Shown here piece after piece: positions 52,203-64,000 of a stretch of 64,000 nt of DNA. This DNA comes from Eledone cirrhosa. Lineage: Eukaryota. Location: assembly GCA_964016885.1 (NCBI GenBank), contig OZ024750.1, positions 6,944,001 to 7,008,000 of the forward strand. The letters are read 5' to 3'. The notes under the pieces were generated by a model. The model searched no databases, was not told the DNA's origin, and worked only from the letters and a program-made list of their open reading frames with translations. Every line of letters begins with the position of its first letter. Position 1 is the first letter of the stretch. The translations under genes were made by a program, and so were the position numbers.

Positions 52203-52280
52203 TTTCCCACTCTACTACCCTAAGTATTGAGTACTCTGGTGCGTTATGGTCCATCTGGTTCCTTACCACAATTCCTTTGT
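52203..52280 (+). mobile_element. (TA)n-embedded repeat fragment in the presumed PUF60 3' UTR
   Basis: Near-identical to 20056-20133. Confidence 0.6.
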
Positions 52281-52670
52281 TATATATATATATATATATT
52301 TTAAAAAAAACTTATTTATGAATGAAATGAAACCTATTCATGTCTGGATGCATAGAGATAGCCAAAACTGTACCACTGCCAACAATGGTACAATTTTATA
52401 GTTAAGGTCTACTAAAAAATGATTCATCAACAGTTCAAATTTCAATTTCCAGTACAATAACAGCTAGATTATAATGTGAAAATACAAGATGACATGTAGT
52501 TTAAGTAACTAACTTCACTACTGTCAATATAATAGAAGGAATTGAGTAGATGTAAAATAGTTTTCAGATAACAATTGTTATTCAGTCCATTTTAGTCACA
52601 TCCTTCACAACACTAACAGTAGTTGTCCAAAGTCAGCTGGCTGCTACATTGACCATCTTCAATTATCATT

Positions 52671-52780
52671 TCACCCTGAGAGGTCATTTGCATCAAACAT
52701 ATCCTGGTCATAAGTTTCAGCTTTCACAATTCGACCACCAAAATATCTTCCGTTTAGTGAACTGATGGCTAGTTCCACTT
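52671..52780 (-). CDS. PUF60: PUF60 last coding exon
   Basis: cag|AA GTG...GGG TGA. Confidence 0.96.
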
Positions 52781-55700
52781 CTGTCAAAAATAAAATGAAG
52801 TCCACAATAAGATATATGCAACATACAAAACAGAAATAAAGCAGCAATATTAACATTCTTTACATAAACAATACAAGATATTCTCCTGTCTGAATATATT
52901 ACACAACAATATTTTGTGAATTCATGTTTACAAAGTGAAGATTTTATATGAGAAAGGATAAAAATAAAGACCACCAGATCCTCAGTTTTATTATGTTAAT
53001 TAACTTCTTAAAATTCCATATTTTGAAACAATGTTATTAAAGGGATGATATTAAAATATTATTGGTACTATATTATTTTGATATACAAAAAACTATTTTA
53101 AAACTTTTTTTCAGAGCTACCAATAAAAATAGACTTAAAAAAAGAAAAAAACGCTATTTTGAATTTTGAATAAAAGAAACTTACCTTCTTGTTTAGAAAA
53201 TTCCACATAAATCTTTACAATTATTTCAGCATCTTCATCTTCACTTTGTTTTTCCTGATAGATTATAACTCGATTAACTACACCATACTTTCCACATTCA
53301 TCTGTAACTTCTGTTTCGAGTTCATCATCTAAATCTTCAGGACCAACCATATTCCGTAACACCATCACACGACACTGAAATAAGCATAATTTTAATGTCA
53401 ACGTCATTAGGACAGTCAATCAAATGTATTTCTTCCTAACAAAATGACTTCCTTCCTAATATTATCAACTATAAATAAAATAAAAATATATATTTTTATG
53501 TAAAAAATTAACAGAAACCAGCAGAGTTAGTTACCTTAATGAAAGATGAAGTTGACTTTGATGGGATTTCAACTTAAAGTACAGATAGTCAGAACAAATA
53601 CTATAAGTTATTTTGGTCTATACCATGATGACTGCTGCCCACAAACATTTTGTTGGCCATTTTACTTTCATAGGTTTACAGAGTCAGAGCTGATTAAAGC
53701 TGATTAATAACGAACTTCCATAAAACAATTATTATTTACTACTGAATAAAAATAATTGTTTCTACATTTGGCACAAGGCCAGCAATTTGAAGGAGAAGGA
53801 AAAGTCAATTAAATCGACTCCAGTGCATTACTGGTGATTTATTTTATCGACCCTGTAAGGATGAGAGGCAAAGCTAACCTTAGCAGGGATTTGAATTCAT
53901 GACGTAAAGAACCATAACTCTATGCTGCAAAGCATGTTATGCCACAACACTCTAGCGATACTTCCAATCTACTGCCCTCCTACTGAATAAAAAATAATAA
54001 AACTATTGAAACAAATCAACACTGTTTTAACTTACATCTGATTTCCGCATCAATTTCTGCATGACCATGTGTCGGGCATTACTGCCACTGATTTTCATAT
54101 TTTCTTGCTGATCCAATGTCTGCGATTGTTCTTCTTCCAATGCTTTCTTCTGCAAAGGATCTATACCTTTGCCAAGGATTCCCAACAGGGCTGATTTGGC
54201 TTGATCACTCACACTTTTGCTCAACGCCAGATTCATTGCAGGAGTAGGAGTAATACCTGACAATATAAATAACAGTTCTTTAATATCTTTATAAAGTCAC
54301 ATGAAATAATTACAAAAAAGATATCCTAAACATTTATTGATAACTTTATTTTGTACATTAATTTATTATATCCATAATTTTTTTTTACCAATTACCATTC
54401 AATTTTCCTTGAGTATATGTATATATAATATATATATATATATATAAATAAAAAAACTACACAAGAGAATGTTTTTGTTTTCATTAAGGATATTTAGATA
54501 TTACTGAAGCAGGGTTTTTTTTAACATTAGGTCTTTCGTAATTGATAATTGCTGCCAATTAAGTATGTTAAAGCAAGGTTGACTGTAATGATTGAGACAG
54601 GATCTCAACTCATGACCACCTGGTGAGTATAGTCATTCTGATTTTTAATTATAATTTAAGATTTTGGGTTTATTTGTCAACCAAATATTTGGTGCTAACA
54701 TAATTGGATCAACAGACAGGTTAATTGAGATCTTAAATATTAAATAATATATATGTAGAGTACAGACCAAATGAGATCTTAAATAATATATATGTAGAGT
54801 ACAGTCTAATTGAGATCTTAAATAATATATATGTAGAGTACAGTCTAATTGAGATCTTAAATAATATATATGTAGAGTACAGTCTAATTGAGATCTTAAA
54901 TAATATATATGTAGAGTACAGTCTAATTGAGATCTTAAATAATATATATGTAGAGTACAGTCTAATTGAGATCTTAAATAATATATATGTAGAGTACAGT
55001 CTAATCAATGATGTAGAGTGAGGGAAATAAAGATGACTTACCTGCAGCTGCTACTGCTGTTGCTGCTGCAGCGGCTGCAGATGCTTGCATCTGAGTCTGT
55101 GAAGCTGTTAATGGAGCAGCTGCAGGTAGAGGTGCTGGAATAGTAACCATGGATTCAGAACAGAATAGAGGAGAGGCTGATGCAGCAATACCAGTCTGGT
55201 TTGTTACAGTTGTTACTTGTGGTGTAGCAATAACAGATGGAGGGTTTAATACTGGACTGGCTGAATCCATTAAAGGTGAAGCAGCTGATGAAGATGCCCC
55301 AGTTGATGGTACTGTTGCTCCAATGTTGTTATTGGCACCAAGTGCAGTAGGCATCGCTAGTCCTGGTGGAGCCTATACAACAAAATAGAAGAGAACAAGA
55401 AATCAATAAACTATCAGGTAGGAAATTTTACAAGTAGTTTTCTAATACATAAACTAATAAAACATTTCTAAAAACAAAAGCTTTATTTGGCCAGAAGCTA
55501 GAGCATATCTAGCATAATAATTATCAAACTATACTTTCATAAGTGCAGACACAAAACTAGGTCCTTAAGTCAGTGTAGCTCTTTTGTATAACAAAATACA
55601 TATCTGTTAATACAATTAACAAAACTGCAGGCCCTTAACCAGCCGTATCCGGCCAGAATTCTCTCAACTCGTTCTGTTCGAACTGGCCACTCATACTGAT

Positions 55701-58700
55701 GTTAAGGTATTGTTCTCAATATAGATAATATCAAAATCTCATAGATTTCATATTATGTGAGATAAAACCTTTCCCACAAAAATACAATAGTAAAGTTAAT
55801 GCTAAAGAGTTAAGTCACTGTAGTTCCTTAGTCAAACAAAATATATATCTATTAATACAATGAAAACTCTAATTTGAAACAATCTACTTACCAAGCTTCC
55901 ACCCATTACACCAACAGCTTGTTGTTGAGCATCCATTGCTGTGATCTTTGCAGTAACTGCTGCAGCAGCAACAGCTGCAGCAGTTGGCATACTACTGGGA
56001 CCTGATGGGGGTTGTAAAGCATTTGGTGGAGTCACAGCCTGCAACAAAGATTAAGTCCAGTCAATAATTTACCCTTTTTGATACCAACCCAGCCAAAACC
56101 ACTTATTGATATAAGAATCATGTTAAGTTACTATTTTAGTAAATACCTCACAATACTTCATTAATTGAAATTTTTCATTAAAAATATCGCCAAGAAAGGG
56201 TTAATAATAATCATAAAAAGTAAAGAAATAGAGAAAATAAGGGGAAAATATATATTTTTTAACCCTTTAGTGTTCAAACTGCCCCAAACTGGCTGCAATT
56301 ATTTCCCCTTCATTTGTTCAATCCGCCCGAAACCGGCCGATAACACCCACACTAAAATATTGTTATAAAAATAAACAATACCGTCATCAAAGTCTCGTCA
56401 ATTCTAGATTACTGCAAGATTAGGCCCTTACCGCGAAAATTAACACTTAATATAGTGAAACAACACGTGTTTTTTTTAACGTTGAAAGTAGAACAGATTT
56501 TTTGTGTATCAACATGGCTTGTGAATGTAGCGATACCGACTTTGAAGGTTTTACACATGACGACATTCAGAACGAACAAGAAACAAACGATAATATTAGT
56601 GATTTATCTTCAAATGAATCAGATGTTTACATTTCTGAAATTTCATCCGACGATGATTGTTGTTTTGAAAGTGAAAACGAAGGAGGTCTCCAGGACGCCA
56701 TTGAAAATATTACAGCAACGTGGTTGAAAAATACCACACTAATATATGTTCCCGATTTTATTCAAAATACTGGTCCACAACACACATTAGCTCCCGATGC
56801 TAAAGCACTGGATTACTTCTTTTTGTTTTTACCACAAACTTTCTTCGAAGTTATGGCAGAAGAGATTAATCAATATGCCCAACAGATTTCAAATCGAGGA
56901 AAACCTGATCTGTCATGGCGACCGACAGATGCCGTGGAAATGCAAGCATTTTTTACCGTAAATAACAAACCCATGCAAGCGTGGAAGATGGACGTTAAAC
57001 GATGATGATTATGTTTGGTATAAAACAATTTCCAAGACTGGAATTACCGGAGCACTGATATAAGGTTTAGTGATCCTTATATATCAAGTATAATGCCGAA
57101 AACTCGTATTTAAAATTAAACACCTAAAATTTGCACCTGGTTGATACTTCAAATGCCCCTATTAATTAATTTCACTTGCTCATAAAAGTCAAATTTAACC
57201 AAAAAAAATCAGGTAAAATTATATAATTGTAAACATCTACTGACAAAATTTCAAGCCTGCACATAGAAAATTAAGAAAATTACAAACAAATAAAATTGAT
57301 AACCCTCTTGAGTACGATTAACTGAAAATAATTGTTTCTACTTTAGGCACAAGGCCAGCAATTACCCAGTGCATTACTGGTACTTTATTTTATCGACCCC
57401 GTAAGGATGAAAGGCAAAGTCAACCTCGGCGGGATTTGAACTCAGATCGTAAAGGGACGTAACTATGCTGGAAAGCATGGCGTCCGACCCTCTACCGATA
57501 CTGCCAATCCACCACGATTAACTGAAAATAATGTGAACAAACATGACATTTGACAAATTAATGTGAATGCTAAAGGGTTAAATTGTGTAACTATTTAATG
57601 TCATATTATCTATTATAGACAATATATATTGCAGGAATAATAAAGTATTTTATTCACTAAATTGATATTTTTTTTCTTAATATATATTCATAAAGTATTA
57701 GAAAGTTAGTTAAAGGTATGAATATAAAACATTTATAAAACTAATATAAAAATATGTTAGTAAAAAAAAAAAAAAGACAACCTCAATATTCAAAGTTATT
57801 ACTTTACAATTAATATTTCTCAATGAAAAGTAAAATATTACAAAAGTTTATTTATAATATTGTAAATTGATTTCTTTGATATTTATATATAGTTATTGTA
57901 TTTAAAATAACCCTGTTCCAGGGCTGGTAAGGGTCTATTAGGGTCTATTATAGACAGTTTAGACTGTATCTGTTAATAGATGGAGATAAGATAAAGAAAC
58001 TAGGTTTTGTGTACTTACCTTGCCAACACGTAGATATTGACCACCAAGATCAAAGAGGTTCATTGAGGAAACGGCATCTTCAGACGCTTGAGGGGTTTCG
58101 TATTCTATGAAGCCGTAACTTCTAACATAAAAAGTTAGTCCCAGTTCAAAACGAACAAAATGCATTGACTTAACTCAATGGGATATATAAAAATTTAGGG
58201 GATTTATAGAAATTTAATATTTAAATCTAGATTCTTATATTATTGATTCAAATAACATATTTAATACATTTCAGTCAGCAGTTTCTTCTTTTCATTTCTA
58301 TTGTTTTGTTTTTTTACTGTATAGTCAGGGCTGATGATTCCTTTTAGGGTCACCAAACTGACGGGAGGGCATGAGGAAAGTATCCTCAAACTGAAAACGT
58401 GTTCCAAATGCTGGCAGCATATAAAAAATGTTAAAGTCTGTCACAAACCCAGACATTCATCAAGCCAGAGCTTGTCTTGGTGTTAAACAACAAAGAATAC
58501 AAGACTCCTTCCAGATTAGAACAATAGTCAACTACAGAGTTACAGTGTGTCCCAAGTCCCGATAGTTTATCAGGATGAAGTTTATCTTGGTTTCACAGGT
58601 GTTAAGCAACTAACAACATAACATTTTTCACAGTTGATGCTGTTGGAACTCATTTTCAGTTGAGTTCACTGGAACAACGTGAAATGAAGTGTCTTGTCCA

Positions 58701-59011
58701 AGAACCGAATGCAGCAGTCTAGGAATTGAAGACATGGCATTACAATTAAGAGTCCAATACCCTCCCTAACCACAACGCCATGTACCTACAGTCTTGACAT
58801 ATGATATATATATTCAATAGTAAATAAATAAAGAAAATTTACAAAAACTAAATAAAAAGGGGATAACAAAGATCTGATACATACTTATGTTTGCCCGGCT
58901 TTGCAGGATCTTGAGAGAGTTTACAAGTCACAATCTTCCCAAATGCCTCAAAAACACTAAAACAAAGAAATAACAAGCCAAAAGATAAATTAAGAAATAC
59001 ATAAGATACAT

Positions 59012-59049
<38 letters not shown>

Positions 59050-62000
59050 AATTGCAGTAGCAACCAAAGTGTATGATAAAGTTATATCTATATAAATACA
59101 GAATAGGTAACAGAGACTGCACCAATGTGTCTATAAATAACAATGTATATAAATATACATTGTTTTCAATATGTAGACATGTAAAAATGCCAGAAAATAG
59201 TAATTTCCCTGTAAATTGAATCTTCATTAGGCGTGATACCATCCAATCAACCACAAGGGAACATCTAGATTTAGCTGATTTGAATGCTAATAGCTTAAAA
59301 GCTATCACCATAGGAAGGAACAGTACCCAAGTCCTTTATGGACCCTGTCTAAATGTTGATATTCCTCTTAAAATTTTGCAAGTTAACTCCTGCTTTAGGA
59401 AAGACGAGAGCAGGGAATGAGTTCTAGAAGAAATGTATATACAGAAGTAATATAAAGGGACAGTAATATTTAAGATATATCAGTGACTAAGAAAATTCTT
59501 TCAGGTATAACATTTATCAATTCACCTTAAAATACTCAACTCATCTTGTCAGTGGTAACTATAAATATATCAACTACAAACCTTTGTATATCCATCTCTG
59601 TCAAATCTTGATGTATGGATGCAATGTAAATACGGTTGAAATTTTTTGCTTCTTGTGCAAGCTGTTCAATAATGGGTTGAGCTTGAGGCATATTGCTTGG
59701 TCGACCAACCTTTAAAAGAAGACAACTGTGTTATTAGAATACTCTGGTACACTCTGTAAAGTGGTAGTGTTGGTGCCACAATACACATGGTACACTCAGT
59801 AAAGTGATAGTGCTGGTGTCACGATAAAACACACCTGGTACACTCTGTAATGTGGTTGTGTTGGTGCCATGGTTAAATAGGCCCAGTGGCATTAGGAAAG
59901 GTAACCAGCCAATGAAAACAAGCTAAAAATGGAATGTATAAGCAAGATATGTTTCCTCGACCCATCTAGTCTTAGATCAAGATTACATATCCAACCCATA
60001 AAATGATAATGAATGGCCAGTTTGTTTGTTTTTTAAATATACATTTCCTTCATAATGAAATGTAATTTAGAAGGGTGAGAAATAATAATAATTGCTTCTG
60101 ATTTAGGCACAAGGCCAACAATTTGGGGGTGAGGGGGAAGTTGATCAAATCGACCCTAGTGCATTACTAGTGCTTTATTTTATCGACCCTGTAAGGTAAC
60201 CATGGCAGGATTTGAACTCAGAATGCAAAGGGCCGTAACTATGCTGCAAAGTATGTTATCTGCCGCTCTACTGATTCTGCCAAGCCACCACCCTCAGGAT
60301 GAGAAATAATAATGATTTCTAGTATAGGCACAAGGCCAGTAATTTGGAGGGAGGGGAAAGTCGATTAAATCGACACCAGTACATTACTGGTGGTTTATTT
60401 TATCGACCCCTTAAGGATGATAGGCAAAGTTAACCTCGGCGGGATTTGAACTCAGACTGCAAAGGGCTGTAACTCTATGCTGCAAAGCATGGTGTCCGAC
60501 TCTCTACCGACACCGCTAATCCACCGCCCTAGGATGAGAAATAATAATTGTTTCTACTTTAAGCACAAGGCCAGCAATTACCCAGTGCATTACTGGTACT
60601 TTATTTTATCGACCCTGTAAGGATGAAAGGCAAAGTCAACCTCGGCGGGATTTGAACTCAGATCGTAAAGGGACGTAACTATGATGGAAAGCATGGCGTC
60701 CGACCCTCTACCGATACTGCCAATCCACATAATGAAAGCAGAAAAGATCTCTATTTTACCTTAATATTCCTGCCACCAATCATGACACCATTCATCTGTT
60801 CTAAAGCCAGCTGGGCAGCTTCTGGGACTTCATATTCAATAAAAGCAAAGCCTTTGTGTTTGTTAGTGACAGGATCCCAAGAGAGATTTACACTTTTTAT
60901 TGGACCAAATGGCAAAAAAGCTTGTTTTATCGTATCTTCTTTAATTTCAAAATTGATGCTACCAACATATATCCTGTGAAAAGAGACAACATTCATATTG
61001 TATACTGTAGCTACTTTATACATGCAGTTTAAAATCTGATAGTTAACAACATAGAATTGTGTTGAATTTATTCTATACTTTAGAAAATATCTTAAAATTC
61101 CAGTGAAATAAACTAATTTGCAATGATTGTAATATATTTTTTTTTTTAAAAGAGAAAGCATAAGTAGTGTGGAAATACTTTAAATGTGAATTAAGGGAGA
61201 CTAACAGAAAAGGTAGGACATTGCATGTAGCAGATGGACAGGGAGAGTTGGTAGTAAGAGTATCAGTGAAGTAAGACTGTTTCCAATCTCAAGAAGAATC
61301 CATAGAGCTGGTTAATAACTTCTGCTATTTGGATGATCTAATAAGCAGTGGAGGAGGTTGTTGTGAGAGCAAAGTAGCTAGAATAAGAACAGAATGGAAA
61401 AAGTTCAGGGAGCTACAACCTCTGTTGAAAACAAAAGGTTTCTTTCAATAAACGAAAGGCCGGCTGTATAATGCCTGTGTGCAATGATGCTTAGGAGTGA
61501 AATGTGGGCAGTGGATATGTGAAGCCTGGAGAGAATTGAAGTAAACATACTCCAATGGATGTGCAATATTAATATGTATAAAACGACAAAGCAAGGATGC
61601 GCTGAGAGAAAAGCTGAATATAAGAGGAATCAAGGAGAAAACACTGTGCTGGTATAGATATGTGATGTGTATGGATGATGATCATTGGATAAAGAGGCAC
61701 CAAGAGATCCCAGTGGAGGGAAGCTGAGGTAGAAGGAAGACCAAGAAAGACATGGACAGAGGTTGTGACGGTTGATCTCAAATTGTTAGAGCTTATAGAC
61801 GAGATGAAGGAGGACTGTGACAAGTGGAGGGAAGCTGATCTGGCTAAGACTTGTCCAACAAACGATGATGATGATGATGATGATAATTAAACGAGTTCAA
61901 AGAGGAAATGAAAAATAACTAAGTGAGAGAGAGTTGGACAGTTCCATTGATTCAAGAACGAGAAATGTCGATATCTTCATTATTGTCATCATTTAATGTC

Positions 62001-63306
62001 CATTTTCCCTACAAGCAAGGGTTGGCTGTCTTTATATTATTGAAACTCTGATTATGTATACTTGGTGATAAAGCGATGTGAACTTGTAGAACACAACAAA
62101 GAAGACAAGATACAAGATCTTAGTAAGATGACAGACTAATATAAGATGTGAAAAGAAATGAAGTGTGTGGTATTCAGATTTGTTCAACAATACCAGAAGT
62201 TAGCAAAAAACATAGTTTTCATTATCATCACTATTTAACATTTATTTTGCACGCTTGCATGGGTTGTCAATATAAATAACTTACCTGCACATTAATGCTA
62301 AAGCCTGCTGTCTTTGAACAGTATTTTGGAAGTTGGCCATTTGCTAAAAGCAGAAAGAATAATTTTAAATAACAAACAATGTTAAATATGACTAATGTAT
62401 TCTTTACTCTAGGAAAATTGTATCATACATCATAAAAATAAGTCAAAATAAAACATATAACATATATATTCAAATATAAGTCGAGGAATATGTGGTAAAA
62501 AATTCTAGTTATATCAATTCAGGGTCAATATTTTGACGATCTTCACCAACTTGTGATTATTTCTTAATGAAACACTATTTTTCTACATTTACTATATCGT
62601 CGGGAGTTTTATTTATGCATTGAGAACATTCCCACAAAGTTTTATTATTTGAGCTTTTTAATAGATAAATATACCCTACACATAAACATATGCACCAACT
62701 ATGTCTCTGTGACTTTTGTAATTATACTTTTTCACTTGCTCTCCCTCCTCTCTTCTTTTTCTCATTCTGCTTCTCCTTTCTTGTCCATTTCTCAGGTATA
62801 AAATAAGGGAGTCAGCTTATATTCAGGTATATACAGTAATCCATAGATAAAAAGTCTGTGTGTGTGTGTATACATACACACGTGTTTGGTTTAGAATAGG
62901 TACACTGTATCTCTACATGTTGCAAGAGTTGGTACCAGCAAGTATATCTCAACATAAAGCATTAGTTAAAGAAAAACCCTCATGATGAGCAAGAAACCTG
63001 TCATGAGACGGAGACCCACATGGTTAACTCCTGCAGGCAAAATGGCCTTAAAAAAGCTTATTTCTGTGTGTATTGCATGTGTATATGTAAACCTTACCTG
63101 TTGTTGATGAGCAATTGTTTGTCGCACCAGGACACTTTTAATACTTTGTTCCATTGCATATTTCTTAGCTTTCTGTATAGCTTCTTGTTGGGATGCTGTC
63201 AGCTTCGGTAATACAAACGGCTTCTGGTCTCTTTTAGCACCAGGTCCTTCAACAATGGGGCCTATTTGTTCAGCCTGGGGTGTTTGGAGTTCTTCTGCAG
63301 CCAAAT
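52671..63306 (-). CDS. PUF60: Poly(U)-binding splicing factor PUF60/half-pint; 11 coding exons in the window, 5' incomplete
   Basis: Exons join in frame with GT-AG boundaries (1784 nt). The protein contains [26 protein letters not shown] (RRM1), [17 protein letters not shown]2 with [20 protein letters not shown], and the [11 protein letters not shown]...[26 protein letters not shown]. Confidence 0.97.
53185..53374 (-). CDS. PUF60: PUF60 exon, UHM N-terminal part
   Basis: cag|TGT CGT...GAA G|gtaag. Confidence 0.96.
53757..53980 (-). mobile_element. tRNA-derived SINE family 1 with TSD
   Basis: Flanked by the direct repeat tactgaataaaaa(a)taat at 53740 and 53981. Confidence 0.85.
54036..54256 (-). 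CDS. PUF60: PUF60 exon (GITPTP...[19 protein letters not shown])
   Basis: cag|GT...GAT|gtaag. Confidence 0.93.
54720..55006. repeat. 42-bp minisatellite, about 6.5 copies, in a PUF60 intron
   Basis: Unit ctaattgagatcttaaataatatatatgtagagtacagt. Confidence 0.93.
55042..55372 (-). CDS. PUF60: PUF60 Ala/Pro/Ser/Thr-rich linker exon
   Basis: tag|GCT CCA CCA...GCA G|gtaag; phase-compatible with both neighbours. Confidence 0.85.
55635..55813. mobile_element. piggyBac-type MITE, family A, left-truncated
   Basis: Body homologous to 8069; right end aatgctaaagag|ttaa. Confidence 0.7.
55892..56038 (-). CDS. PUF60: PUF60 exon (AVTPPNAL...GGSL)
   Basis: cag|GCT...TTG|gtaag. Confidence 0.93.
56263..57577 (+). 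mobile_element. Decayed piggyBac transposon with a truncated transposase ORF (56502-57005)
   Basis: TTAA|CCCTTTAGTGTTCA ... TGAATGCTAAAGGG|TTAA. The ORF has an acidic N-terminus followed by ALDYFFLFL...[11 protein letters not shown]...[13 protein letters not shown], typical of the start of the piggyBac DDE_Tnp_1_7 domain. Confidence 0.85.
57333..57513 (-). mobile_element. Young full-length SINE family 1, nested in the piggyBac
   Basis: Perfect 19-bp TSD acgattaactgaaaataat at 57314 and 57514. Confidence 0.92.
58019..58121 (-). CDS. PUF60: PUF60 exon, RRM2 C-terminal half (SYGFIEY...LRVGK)
   Basis: ttag|A AGT...AAG|gtaag; an alternative NAGNAG acceptor lies 3 nt downstream. Confidence 0.95.
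58440..58790 (-). mobile_element. tRNA-derived SINE family 2, diverged
   Basis: caacgtgaaatgaagtgtcttg.ccaagaac...aggaattgaa...ctaaccac. Confidence 0.55.
58885..58956 (-). CDS. PUF60: PUF60 exon ([25 protein letters not shown])
   Basis: ttag|T GTT...CAT AA|gtatg. Confidence 0.95.
59582..59709 (-). CDS. PUF60: PUF60 exon (VGRPSNMP...[17 protein letters not shown]), missing from the ORF track
   Basis: aag|GTT...CAA AG|gtttg. Confidence 0.95.
59740..60010 (+). mobile_element. SINE-like repeat, family 3
   Basis: Repeated ggtacactctgtaaagtgg units, then ggcattaggaaagg...ccaacccat. Confidence 0.5.
60090..60728 (-). mobile_element. Head-to-tail trimer of SINE family 1
   Basis: Three copies, each preceded by g(g/a)tgagaaataataat. 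Confidence 0.9.
60760..60973 (-). CDS. PUF60: PUF60 exon, RRM1
   Basis: cag|G ATA TAT...ATT AAG|gtaa; RNP1 KGFAFIEY. Confidence 0.96.
61190..61885 (+). mobile_element. RTE-like LINE 3' fragment
   Basis: Decayed frames [33 protein letters not shown] and RGRPRKTW; ends in a (GAT)n tail. Confidence 0.75.
62285..62343 (-). CDS. PUF60: PUF60 59-nt exon ([20 protein letters not shown]), missing from the ORF track
   Basis: ttag|CAA...TGCAG|gtaag; matches the PUF60 QRQRALAIMCR motif. Confidence 0.93.
63098..63306 (-). CDS. PUF60: PUF60 exon (DLAAEE...AHQQQ)
   Basis: cag|AT...CAG|gtaagg. Confidence 0.88.
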
Positions 63307-64000
63307 CTGTCAGCAAAACCAAAGCACAGTTAAATAAACAATCGAGATAGGACAAATATTTGAAGAAACTATATAATGAAAAAAAAAAAAAAAAAAAAGA
63401 AAAAGAATAAATAAACAAGAACCGGAATATGAACAGGGCCAAGACAAATGAAGACGGGGCAGAGACAAGGTTATTTTTTTTATTTGAGGCACAGACATAG
63501 TCCTTAAGGGATATGGAGAAAAATATAAAAAGGGAAGATCATTAAAAAAATTAAAGTAGGAGAGCAAGAATATTAGATCATCATCCAGACTAATATTGCT
63601 TTAAAAGATTCATAGTTTTTCTTTGATTACTAATGAAGAGTCGTAGAGAGAAAATATCAATGATGTGCACCAGTAGATATAGGCTGTCAGTATTTTAGGA
63701 ATCAAACAATTTACAATATATTCATGTGAAATAAGGATTACCACATCACAAGCACCGATCGACTGATTGCCTCCAGTTTGGCCCTAATTTTGGCCACTGT
63801 AGTCTCACCAAAAGCCCCATAAAACAGCTGGCCGTAAGGGTGGCACGAGCAATACTGAACTTCTTACTGATATATAAAAACACAAAAAAAGAGAGAAAAA
63901 TAGCATTTAAGAACAACATAAAGAGAATAAACGCAGATGCTTTCTAGATTTGCTAAAATATATCATTTAACTGTGACACTCCTTGGAATGGTCTAGATCA

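Noticed and set aside
58325-58410. CTGATGA...GAAAACGTGTTC hammerhead candidate in a PUF60 intron
   Set aside because: No convincing helix I or helix II closure.
62978-63010. ctcATGATGAgcaaGAAAcctgTCatgag minimal hammerhead look-alike
   Set aside because: C3 is missing and there is no helix II; probably chance.

Overview
AT-rich, intron-rich animal genomic DNA. The SINE, RTE-LINE and microsatellite content suggests a coleoid cephalopod such as Octopus (inference). The window holds two convergent genes. On + is the large terminal coding exon of an LZTS/Fez1-family coiled-coil protein (37979-39178); its upstream exons were not found, so 1-38 kb is probably intron. On - are 11 coding exons of the splicing factor PUF60/half-pint (63306 to 52671; RRM1, RRM2, UHM; 5' end outside the window). 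The left 38 kb is packed with micro- and minisatellites, including an 8.4-kb 20-bp array; most of the long listed ORFs are artefacts of these repeats. Mobile elements include tRNA-derived SINEs, RTE LINE fragments, a decayed piggyBac with its MITE family and a probable non-autonomous Helitron. Main observations: (1) type I hammerhead-ribozyme motifs in short (TA)n-embedded repeats that look Penelope-like; (2) a genomic Ser (AGT) at the conserved RNP1 Gly of PUF60 RRM2, overlapping a NAGNAG acceptor, which is a candidate restorative A-to-I recoding site; (3) a 72-bp satellite that arose inside a piggyBac MITE.
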